DNA of 30,749 nt. Source: a bacterium. GTDB lineage: Bacteria > SZUA-182 > DTGQ01. The DNA is taken from positions 1 to 30,749 of the forward strand of contig JBFMGO010000077.1 of NCBI GenBank assembly GCA_040752695.1. The letters are read 5' to 3'. The first letter of the stretch is position 1; every line of letters starts with the position of its first letter. The position numbers were made by a program, and so were the translations under genes. Below the pieces are notes generated by a model, which was not told the DNA's origin, made no database searches, and was given only the letters and a program-made list of their open reading frames with translations. Shown one piece after another: positions 19,188-26,610 of the stretch.

Positions 19188-20405
19188 CTACATCGGAATA
19201 TCATTAATTCCAAAAATTGCCATCAGCATGGAGACAACGATAAAACCTACTACCAGACCCATGACCAATATCATTGCAGGCTCCAGCATGGATACCATAC
19301 GCTTGATTGAAGTGCGTGTTTCCCGGTCATAGGCATCGGCAATCTTAAACAGCATCGTTTCCAACTGCCCGGTCTCCTCTCCGACATCAATCATATGAAT
19401 GGCCATGGGAGGGAAGAGATGACATTGCATCAAGGGCTCGGAAATTTTCTCCCCTTCTTTGATCCTGCCCTGAATCTCTCTGATGGCCTTGGCCAGAACG
19501 GAATTTCCCATGATATCCTTGACAATGGCCAATGCCTGAAGAATGGGCACGCCGCTTTGAACCAGCGTTCCCAGGGTTCTGCTGAACCTGGAAACCTCGA
19601 TCTTCTGAGTTAAACTTCCCCAGACGGGAAAACGAAGTTTCAAAGAATCCCAGAACCACTTGCCTCCTTCTGTCTGCAAATATTGTCGAAGAGCCAAAAA
19701 CAGCACCAGGACCACTCCTATGATCAACCACCAGTAGTGGACCAGCCCATTGCTGATTCCCAGTAAAAACCGCGTGGACAGAGGCAAGACCTGACCCATG
19801 TCCGCAAAGATCTGGGTAAATTTCGGGACCACAAAGGTCAGCAGTATGGCCACCGCACCTCCGCCAACCAGGGTCAGGAGCACCGGATAAACCAGGGCCG
19901 AAGTGATACTTTCTTTAAATTCCTGAGAGCTCTCCAAAAACTCGGCCAATCTGCTCAAGACACCTTCCAGAACGCCGCCCGACTCCCCTGCCTTGACCAT
20001 GCTTACGTAAAGCCTTGAAAAAACCCTCGGATGGCGGGCCAGAGCATCGGTAAAATGACTTCCGCCGTGGACACTTTTCTGTACATCGGCAATGACCTGC
20101 TTCAGCTTTTTATTGTCGGTCAGTTCGGTCAGTATGGTTAAGCTTCTGTCCAGGGGGACCCCCGAAGAGGTGAGTGTCGCTAATTGGCCGGTAAAGATCA
20201 GAACATCCTTTTTCTTAATCCTCTGGCTAAAAGAGAAGGAGAGCTTTCGCTCGGTCGGAGATGATTTTCCTTTTTCCTCAACCTTGATCGGAAAAAAATT
20301 CGATTCCTGCAGCCGGGTTATTACAGCTTTCTTATCTTTTGCTTCAATGCTTCCGGTAACGAGCTTGCCAAGCCGATCCGTTGCTTTGTAGGTAAAAACC
20401 GCCAT
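19188..20405 (-). CDS. gspF: T2SS inner-membrane platform protein F
   Basis: MAVFTYKA, FTGQLATL..SGVPL, MVKAGESGG, SALVYP, VGEETGQL, LEPAMI. Confidence 0.95.
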   Translation of the reverse strand: MAVFTYKATDRLGKLVTGSIEAKDKKAVITRLQESNFFPIKVEEKGKSSPTERKLSFSFSQRIKKKDVLIFTGQLATLTSSGVPLDRSLTILTELTDNKKLKQVIADVQKSVHGGSHFTDALARHPRVFSRLYVSMVKAGESGGVLEGVLSRLAEFLESSQEFKESITSALVYPVLLTLVGGGAVAILLTFVVPKFTQIFADMGQVLPLSTRFLLGISNGLVHYWWLIIGVVLVLFLALRQYLQTEGGKWFWDSLKLRFPVWGSLTQKIEVSRFSRTLGTLVQSGVPILQALAIVKDIMGNSVLAKAIREIQGRIKEGEKISEPLMQCHLFPPMAIHMIDVGEETGQLETMLFKIADAYDRETRTSIKRMVSMLEPAMILVMGLVVGFIVVSMLMAIFGINDIPM

Positions 20406-20470
20406 GAAAAATTCTCATCCTTATCAGAATCTAAACGCATTCGAAGGTAGCTGATTTGAAGGAGGAAGGT

Positions 20471-22201
20471 CTATATCCCGATAGCATCCAGAACCTCAGT
20501 TTCATCCTCCTGGGTGACTCTCAGGACCTCCTCGATCGTAGTCATTCCTTTTTTCACCTTTTCCCAGCCATCTTCACGCAAAGTTTTCAGTCCGCCCTGA
20601 ATAGCCTTTTGTCGGATAATACTGGCGCCCGTTTTCTCGATAATCAACCTTCGGATTCCTTCATTGATGATCAATAGTTCATATAAACCGGTTCTCCCCT
20701 TATAGCCTGTATTTTTACATTCCTCGCACCCCTTGCCCCGATAGACGATAGCATTCTCCTTGTGCGGCAGATTCATGCGGGCCAGGGCCTTTTTATCCGG
20801 AATTACCGGCTGCCTGCATCGCCTGCAAATGGTCCGGACCAGCCTTTGAGCCAAAACTCCCTCCAGACAGGAAGCCACGAGAAACCCCTCGACTCCCATG
20901 TCCAGAAGCCGTGTCACTGCACCGCAGGAATCGTTGGTGTGCAGGGTGGAAAATACCAGGTGCCCGGTCAAAGCGGATTGAATCGCAATCTCCGCTGTTT
21001 CCAGATCCCGGATTTCTCCTATCATCATGACATCAGGGTCCTGCCGGACGATAGACCGCAATCCGCTGGCAAAGGTCAAACCAATCTTGGCATTCACCTG
21101 GATCTGATTTACCCCGCTTAACTGATATTCCACCGGGTCTTCGACCGTAATAATTTTTTTATCCGGAGAATTGATTTTGTCCAGACCAGCATAGAGAGTA
21201 GTGGTTTTACCACTTCCCGTAGGCCCGGTAACCAGAACAATCCCGTGCGGTTTTCGGATCAGGCCCTCGAAAAGAGGCAGCTTGTCTTCAGGAAACCCGA
21301 GTTCCTCCAGGGTCAATAAAATGCTGCTGCGATCCAGGATACGCATGACCACGCTCTCCCCGTACAGGGTGGGAACTGTGGACACACGAAGATCCACCTT
21401 CTTGCCCGCGACGCGAAGCCTGACCCTTCCGTCCTGCGGCAGACGCCTTTCGGCAATATTGAGATTAGCCATAATCTTTACCCTCGAAGTGATCGCAGCC
21501 TGAAGGCGCTTCGGAGGAGATTCGATATCATGCAAAATCCCGTCAACTCTCAAACGAACCAGGACCTTATCTTCGAAGGGCTCGATATGAATGTCACTCG
21601 CCCCATCATCGATCCCCCTCGTAATGATCAGGTTAACCAGCTTAATGATCGGGGCCTCGGATGCCATATCGCGCAATTGATTGATATCTTCATCCTCACT
21701 GGTGCTCACCAGTTGCATTTCATCTTCATTCATATCCCCGATAATCCGCTCCATGGTTGTTGCCGCACCGCCATATTGCCTCTCGATGGCAGCCATAATG
21801 TCAGTTTCCTTGGAAATATACAGCTTTACTTTACAATTGGCAAAAAGGGCAATCTCATCAATGGTGGAAAAATCCATGGGAGAGGCCGTGGCCATGGACA
21901 GGGTATTCGCTTTCATCTCCAGCGGGAAAAATTTATACTGTTTCATAAACTGTGGCGAGAAATCAACGCCCAGAAACGGTGTCTCCGGATATGCCGATGC
22001 AGGCAAATAAGGCAGATGCAAATAAGTACTGAGAACCTTGTATACATTCTCTTCCGAAACCAGGCCAAGATCCACCAAAACCTTTTCCAAAGGCTGCCCG
22101 GTACTTTTATGCTCCTCAAGAGCTCTGTTGAGATCCTCCTGATCAATCAACTTCTGATTCAACAAAAGCTCACATATCCTGTTTTTATCAAAGCCAATCA
22201 T
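20471..22201 (-). CDS. gspE: T2SS ATPase E with N-terminal MshEN-like domain
   Basis: ASDIHIEP, Walker A GPTGSGKTTT, TVEDPVE, RQDPDVMMIGEIRD, LTGHLVFSTLHTND, tetra-Cys motif. Confidence 0.96.
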   Translation of the reverse strand: MIGFDKNRICELLLNQKLIDQEDLNRALEEHKSTGQPLEKVLVDLGLVSEENVYKVLSTYLHLPYLPASAYPETPFLGVDFSPQFMKQYKFFPLEMKANTLSMATASPMDFSTIDEIALFANCKVKLYISKETDIMAAIERQYGGAATTMERIIGDMNEDEMQLVSTSEDEDINQLRDMASEAPIIKLVNLIITRGIDDGASDIHIEPFEDKVLVRLRVDGILHDIESPPKRLQAAITSRVKIMANLNIAERRLPQDGRVRLRVAGKKVDLRVSTVPTLYGESVVMRILDRSSILLTLEELGFPEDKLPLFEGLIRKPHGIVLVTGPTGSGKTTTLYAGLDKINSPDKKIITVEDPVEYQLSGVNQIQVNAKIGLTFASGLRSIVRQDPDVMMIGEIRDLETAEIAIQSALTGHLVFSTLHTNDSCGAVTRLLDMGVEGFLVASCLEGVLAQRLVRTICRRCRQPVIPDKKALARMNLPHKENAIVYRGKGCEECKNTGYKGRTGLYELLIINEGIRRLIIEKTGASIIRQKAIQGGLKTLREDGWEKVKKGMTTIEEVLRVTQEDETEVLDAIGI

Positions 22202-22262
22202 TGGGGCCTCAAAATCAAATTAAATGTAAACAAAAAGCTTTGTTTTTCAAAATAATATTTAC

Positions 22263-22291
22263 AGTATAACTGATCTAAAGGGTTAAGTCAA
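22263..22291 (-). promoter_or_regulatory. sigma70-type promoter of the T2SS operon
   Basis: TTGACT-N17-TATACT, about 60 nt upstream of gspE. Confidence 0.75.
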
Positions 22292-22388
22292 CAGTAAACA
22301 CTTTCTCCTCAGCCACCTCACAAAATCTGCCACTGCGGTCCTTCGATCGGAAGGCAATTCCATATATACTACAACTATCATCATGCAA

Positions 22389-22401
22389 AATCAATAAATT
22401 A
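22389..22401 (+). promoter_or_regulatory. IHF consensus match
   Basis: AATCAATAAATTA fits WATCAANNNNTTR, about 100 bp upstream of the T2SS promoter; AT-rich context makes a chance match possible. Confidence 0.35.
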
Positions 22402-22456
22402 ATACATTCAGGTCTCTATTTTGTGACCCTTTTTCGGAGAATCATGAAAAACATGC

Positions 22457-22523
22457 CTGAATGATGAAACAACTGGATAATAAAACAACCTGGACGATAA
22501 AATAAGCTGGACGATATAATAAC
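22457..22523. repeat. Four degenerate 16-17-bp tandem repeats
   Basis: CTGAATGATGAAACAA / CTGGATAATAAAACAAC / CTGGACGATAAAATAAG / CTGGACGATATAATAAC. Confidence 0.85.
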
Positions 22524-22577
22524 CTGAGCTGTAGAACGGCCGGCCTGGGCGACAAATAATCCGCGTGTAAATAATGT

Positions 22578-22617
22578 GTCCCTTTTCTCCCGGGCAGGAG
22601 ACCGGGAGAAAAGGGAC
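22578..22617 (-). terminator. Strong hairpin downstream of the repeat-protein gene
   Basis: Perfect 16-bp stem GTCCCTTTTCTCCCGG / CCGGGAGAAAAGGGAC, 8-nt loop, 32 nt after the stop; weak U-tail (ACATTATTT). Confidence 0.7.
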
Positions 22618-22649
22618 GGCAAAACCATTCCATTATCAAAACATGACAA

Positions 22650-23501
22650 TTAAATTACCGCTGGTGCCAGTGAAGCTATAAAGGAACCTGTCCCGATAAT
22701 TGAGGTACTGTTGATCTGAGTATAAGTACCGGTCATATCAGTGGGAGAGGTAAGTGAGCAAACGATATCGATCTGGATCGTTTGACTGCCAATTCCAAGA
22801 CCGGCGCCAGAGAGAATAATCTGATTATTCAGTATTTCACCAGTAACGTCTACGATAACTCCAAGCACAGGGTTACCTACCAACTGGACATAACCGGAAA
22901 CTGCTGTCGGTAGTACAGGATCCAGGACAAGGTTCAAGGTTATAGGCCCTGTGGCATACACTACGCTCTTGGTCGTTGTCGTACTCCAGGTACCTGTCCA
23001 TGTTCCAGCCTGTTCAGCAAGACCATATCTCAGTCCGCCGTAGAGACTGCTGCCATACAGGCCGCCGTACAGTCCACCGTAGAGGCTGCTGCCATACAAG
23101 CCGCCGTACAGTCCGCCGTAGAGACTGCTGCCATACAGGCCGCCGTACAGTCCACCGTAGAGGCTGCTGCCATACAGCCCGCCGTACAGTCCGCCGTAGA
23201 GACTGCTGCCATACAGGCCGCCGTACAGTCCACCGTAGAGGCTGCTGCCATACAGGCCGCCGTACAGTCCACCGTAGAGGCTGCTGCCATACAAACCGCC
23301 GTACAGACCGCCATAAAGGCTGCTGCCATACAGGCCGCCGTACAGTCCGCCGTAGAGGCTGCTGCCATACAGCCCGCCATAGAGACTGCTGCCATAACCA
23401 TAACTATAATATGCTTGAACATTTCCCTGAGGAATTACGGCTAATACGAATAATAAAATAGAAGAAATGATTAAAAGTTTGCCCTTAGAAGAATAATTCA
23501 T
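22650..23501 (-). CDS. Exported Gly/Tyr/Leu/Ser tandem-repeat protein with C-terminal beta-rich domain
   Basis: SD AGGAGAGGAG 9 nt before ATG 23501 (283 aa); Sec signal ending VQA; 121-aa repeat array whose nucleotide variation is all synonymous; ~120-aa beta-strand-patterned C-terminus. Confidence 0.9.
   Translation of the reverse strand: MNYSSKGKLLIISSILLFVLAVIPQGNVQAYYSYGYGSSLYGGLYGSSLYGGLYGGLYGSSLYGGLYGGLYGSSLYGGLYGGLYGSSLYGGLYGGLYGSSLYGGLYGGLYGSSLYGGLYGGLYGSSLYGGLYGGLYGSSLYGGLYGGLYGSSLYGGLRYGLAEQAGTWTGTWSTTTTKSVVYATGPITLNLVLDPVLPTAVSGYVQLVGNPVLGVIVDVTGEILNNQIILSGAGLGIGSQTIQIDIVCSLTSPTDMTGTYTQINSTSIIGTGSFIASLAPAVI
23031..23393 (-). repeat. 39-bp coding tandem repeat ([13 protein letters not shown])
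   Basis: CTGCTGCCATA recurs on + at 23047, 23086, 23125, 23164, 23203, 23242, 23281, 23320, 23359, 23386 (eight 39-nt steps, one 27-nt step). Confidence 0.98.
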
Positions 23502-23940
23502 GATGATAATCTCCTCTCCTATCCACAAAAAAATCTTGAAAAATTATTCCCTTCTAAAACTCCCCTAAAAACACCCCTAAAATCTCCCCTTTTTCCCATA
23601 CGCTTTTTTGCAAGTACCTCCCTTGCTTTATGAAGGAAAAATGAGAATAACTTCTCCTTTTTTTGGCATGCACCTCCCTTCCTGAGTAGAGCGCAGTGAT
23701 GATAGATTAGCTGGCCCTACTGGCTGTTCTCATCCTCTACGAAGGAGAAATGAATCATACATAAAAAGCAAGCTTACCCATAAAACAAGTTCACTTACGG
23801 AGCAGGACATTGCACGTGCCCCGGAATGATAAAAACGGGCATCCAGATTACGCATTTGTTGCCCAGTATACTCGTGCTCTGATAAATTTTTACCACACGG
23901 CATTTGGCTAATGCCCACTTCGAGCTACCACCGCACTATC

Positions 23941-23956
23941 AGCAATATTGATACCA
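23941..23956 (-). promoter_or_regulatory. sigma54 (-24/-12) promoter facing the repeat-protein gene
   Basis: TGGTATCAATATTGCT = TGG-N8-TTGC, exact GG-N10-GC spacing. Confidence 0.7.
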
Positions 23957-24189
23957 GGTAAGACAGGTAAAGATGAAAGACCGGCGGGAAGAAACACTTT
24001 TACCTCAACGCCGGGATTAAGGTGTAGAGTGCGCCTTTTGGCCCTCGTGGACAAAAGAGCTCATACGGCTGGCGGGGATGAAAAGGATTTTTTTAATAAC
24101 GAATAAGGAGGAATTTTTATACATCCGGCAAATGTCCGAAGCTAAACTGGATGAAAATGAAAGGAATGGACTTGGGTTGAGCCTGTCAT

Positions 24190-24205
24190 AAAAACTATAG
24201 TTTTT
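24190..24205. promoter_or_regulatory. Perfect 16-bp palindrome, possible regulator site
   Basis: AAAAACTATAGTTTTT. Confidence 0.4.
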
Positions 24206-24299
24206 CTGTATTCAAGTTACCCACCTGAATCTGACACAACAGGGTGTCCTTGCGGCAGTGCTCTCTGCCAGCCCTCACTCTTGTGGGGTAATGTTATTC

Positions 24300-24328
24300 A
24301 TTTAAGGGGGGTAATGTAACATTGTCAA
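24300..24328 (-). promoter_or_regulatory. Candidate sigma70 promoter overlapped by a direct repeat
   Basis: TTGACA-N17-TTAAAT (weak -10); ACATTACCCC occurs twice, 23 bp apart (24285-24294, 24308-24317). Confidence 0.4.
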
Positions 24329-24375
24329 GTTAGTGTCACGCTGGCTGAATCAGAGGTCTGGTCCCAAATTCCCGC

Positions 24376-24741
24376 TTACGGGCGGCGAATCCGGATTCCT
24401 TCCTCTATCAGGGTAATGATCATGCCCTCTTGAAATTTTATCTTTTCAGTTAATTTTCCCAGCAATCTCATGATATTGGCAGGGTTCAAATTACCCGGAC
24501 GGATAAAAATGATCCCATAGTGTGGTTTCAACCCGTATACGGCCAAGGTGCCAAAGTCTTTGTCACAAGTCAAGATAACTCTCTTCTCTGCCTGAGCTCT
24601 CTCCAGAATTTCATGATCAGTCTTCCCTTGCCAGCCAAGCTCTTTTATATCCAGCACATCTGCGCCACGCTCTCGAAGGTAAGCCACCACTTTAGGAGAA
24701 ATATTCTCATCAGCCAAGAATCTTATTAAGCCCAGTTCCAT
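24376..24741 (-). CDS. DUF5615 family PIN-like protein (VapC45-like toxin)
   Basis: RFLADENIS, G..DHEIL, RVILTCDKDFG, GIIFIR; TGATG overlap with the upstream DUF433 gene. Confidence 0.9.
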   Translation of the reverse strand: MELGLIRFLADENISPKVVAYLRERGADVLDIKELGWQGKTDHEILERAQAEKRVILTCDKDFGTLAVYGLKPHYGIIFIRPGNLNPANIMRLLGKLTEKIKFQEGMIITLIEEGIRIRRP

Positions 24742-24971
24742 CAGACTTTCCCAAGAGGAATATAAATATCGTTTTTAAGCGCGTGGGCCGCATATTCTAA
24801 AACTGCATGTATGTCTTCCTCGGTGATATGGGGATAATCTTCCAAAATTTCTGCCTGGGTCATTCCGGAAGCTAACAACTCAAGGATAAATTCTACGCTG
24901 AGCCTTGTGCCTTTGATAATTGGTTTTCCCCCCAGTATTTCAGGGTTTATTACGATTCGCTCTCTATACAT
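24741..24971 (-). CDS. DUF433 domain protein (VapB45-like antitoxin)
   Basis: RIVINPEILGGKPIIKGTRLSVEFILELLASG..EILEDYPHI..EDIHAVLEYA. Confidence 0.93.
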   Translation of the reverse strand: MYRERIVINPEILGGKPIIKGTRLSVEFILELLASGMTQAEILEDYPHITEEDIHAVLEYAAHALKNDIYIPLGKV

Positions 24972-25182
24972 AGGATAAACTTTACACCTCTCTTAAGGGT
25001 TTTAGAAAATAGCTATAGCCTGTTCGGTCTTTTTTGCTCTCTTTGCTTCCTTGCGGCGAATGAAGACTACATGTATGTCTACCCTGTCCCGAGTCCCGAG
25101 TTTTGTCAAATGAATGCCCAGCCGTTGTAATGATCCACTGCATCGGCAAGAGCAGAATCTTCACCTGATCTCACACCTGAAC

Positions 25183-26487
25183 TCACATCCTGCGCTTGTC
25201 TATGACTCTTTTGGCTTTGCCTGCTGTACGTTCCAGGGAGCGGGGTTCCACCAGGGTAACTTTTATGCTGAGGCCGAGGAGTGAGGAGATTTTCTTTTGA
25301 ATGCGCCGCACGAATTCCTGCTGAAGTTTCATCTCGTCGTAGAAAATCTTATCGGAAACTTCAATCTGAACTTCCAGGGTATCGAGAGCCCCGTCACGGT
25401 CCACGATCAGTTGATAATGAGGTTCAGCGCCCTCCTCTTCCAAAAGGACATATTCGATCTGGGAGGGAAAGACATTCACTCCCCGGATGATCAGCATATC
25501 ATCGGTACGGCCGGTGACCCTTTCCATGCGCATCAAGGTTCGGCCGCACTGGCAGGGCGATGCAATCAGGCGGGTGACATCGCCTGTCCGGTAGCGGATC
25601 ATGGGCAGGGCTTCCTTGGTAATGGCGGTGAGCACCAGTTCCCCCACCTCACCCATTGGCAGACGCTCGCCGGTCTCAGGGTTGATGATTTCCGGGATAA
25701 AGTGGTCTTCCTGAATATGCAGGCCGCACTTATACTGGCACTCTCCGGCCACACCAGGGCCGATGATCTCGCTCAGGCCGTAATTATCGGTTGCACTGAT
25801 ATAGAGGGATTCCTCAATCTTCTTCCTGATGCCTTCCGACCATGTTTCTGCGCCAAAGCAGCCGATCTTCAAGGAAAGCTCATTGGGATGGATATTCATT
25901 TCCTTCATAATCTCGGCAATATGGAGGGCATAGGAGGGCGTGCACACCAGGGTTGTGGTCTTATAATCTTTCATTATCATGATCTGCTTTTCCGTATTTC
26001 CACTGGATACGGGGATAACCGATGCACCCAGCCTCTCTGCTCCGTAGTGGAGGCCGAAGCCGCCGGTGAAAAGGCCGTAGCCGAAGGCGATCTGAATAAC
26101 ATCCTCTGAACTGACCCCTGCCGCAACCAAAACGCGGGCCACCAGGTTACTCCAATTCAGAAGATCGCTTCTGGTATAGCCTACGACTGTGGGTTTGCCC
26201 GAAGTGCCGGAAGAAGAATGGATGCGCACCACTTCTTTTAAGGGTACAGCAAACATGCCATACGGATAATTGTCCCGCAGGGCCGATTTTCGCGTAAAGG
26301 GGATTACAGCCAGATCCTCCATGGTTTTTATTTCCTCAGGGATAATACCCGCATCATCAAAGAGGCGGTTGTAAAAGCGTACACTCCGGTAAGCCCGATT
26401 CAAGGTTGCCTGGAGTCTTTCCAGTTGCAGTTGTTCCAAATCACCCCGGTCCATGGATTCAAATTCTTTTTCCCACATAGGCGACAT
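25183..26487 (-). CDS. paaK: Phenylacetate-CoA ligase family protein
   Basis: [71 protein letters not shown]; actual aryl-acid substrate unknown. Confidence 0.92.
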   Translation of the reverse strand: MSPMWEKEFESMDRGDLEQLQLERLQATLNRAYRSVRFYNRLFDDAGIIPEEIKTMEDLAVIPFTRKSALRDNYPYGMFAVPLKEVVRIHSSSGTSGKPTVVGYTRSDLLNWSNLVARVLVAAGVSSEDVIQIAFGYGLFTGGFGLHYGAERLGASVIPVSSGNTEKQIMIMKDYKTTTLVCTPSYALHIAEIMKEMNIHPNELSLKIGCFGAETWSEGIRKKIEESLYISATDNYGLSEIIGPGVAGECQYKCGLHIQEDHFIPEIINPETGERLPMGEVGELVLTAITKEALPMIRYRTGDVTRLIASPCQCGRTLMRMERVTGRTDDMLIIRGVNVFPSQIEYVLLEEEGAEPHYQLIVDRDGALDTLEVQIEVSDKIFYDEMKLQQEFVRRIQKKISSLLGLSIKVTLVEPRSLERTAGKAKRVIDKRRM

Positions 26488-26505
26488 CGGTATGCTCCTT
26501 CTTTT

Positions 26506-26610
26506 CTATCCCCGGCTATTCCCAATTATTCCCCAATTATTCTTGGATTATTCTCTTATCCTTGTCTTATCCTTGCATTATTTCCAACTATTTCTCCTTG
26601 CCTATTCCCA
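26506..26610. repeat. Ten degenerate ~11-bp tandem units filling the livF-paaK spacer
   Basis: + strand YTATY core at 26507, 26517, 26527, 26538, 26549, 26557, 26568, 26579, 26589, 26603. Confidence 0.8.

Noticed and set aside
18998..19310. Small ORFs spanning the gspF-gspG spacer
   Set aside because: Overlap gspF, translate the hairpin DNA, no recognisable motif
9592..22201. Type IV pilus/competence locus rather than T2SS
   Set aside because: Despite PilM/N/O-like L and M proteins, canonical GspG and GspK signatures, GspD N-domains and absence of PilT favour T2SS
22457..22523. 17-bp array as a mini-CRISPR
   Set aside because: Too short, no spacers
23031..23393. 39-bp periodic repeat as a CRISPR array
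   Set aside because: Units are contiguous with no unique spacers, vary only synonymously in one reading frame, and no cas genes are present
22976..23461. Cys/His/Arg-rich + strand ORF (RRGCCHT repeats) and the alternative minus-frame Cys/Ala ORF 23030-23422
   Set aside because: Shadows of the GGLY repeat: substitutions change residues in these frames but are silent in the GGLY frame, which also has the SD and signal peptide
23807..23822. Second sigma54-like site GGCACGTGCAATGT
   Set aside because: -12 element is GT rather than GC and lacks the TT
23730..23918. 62-aa ORF in the long leader
   Set aside because: GTG start with no SD and no recognisable features; cannot be supported, though not excluded
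23502..24375. Known riboswitch (c-di-GMP-I/II, SAM, cobalamin) or tRNA in the large intergenic region
   Set aside because: I could not find the diagnostic motifs on either strand by eye; an Rfam scan would settle it
24982..25164. 60-aa ORF between paaK and DUF433
   Set aside because: Its start lies inside the paaK echo repeat; no motif support
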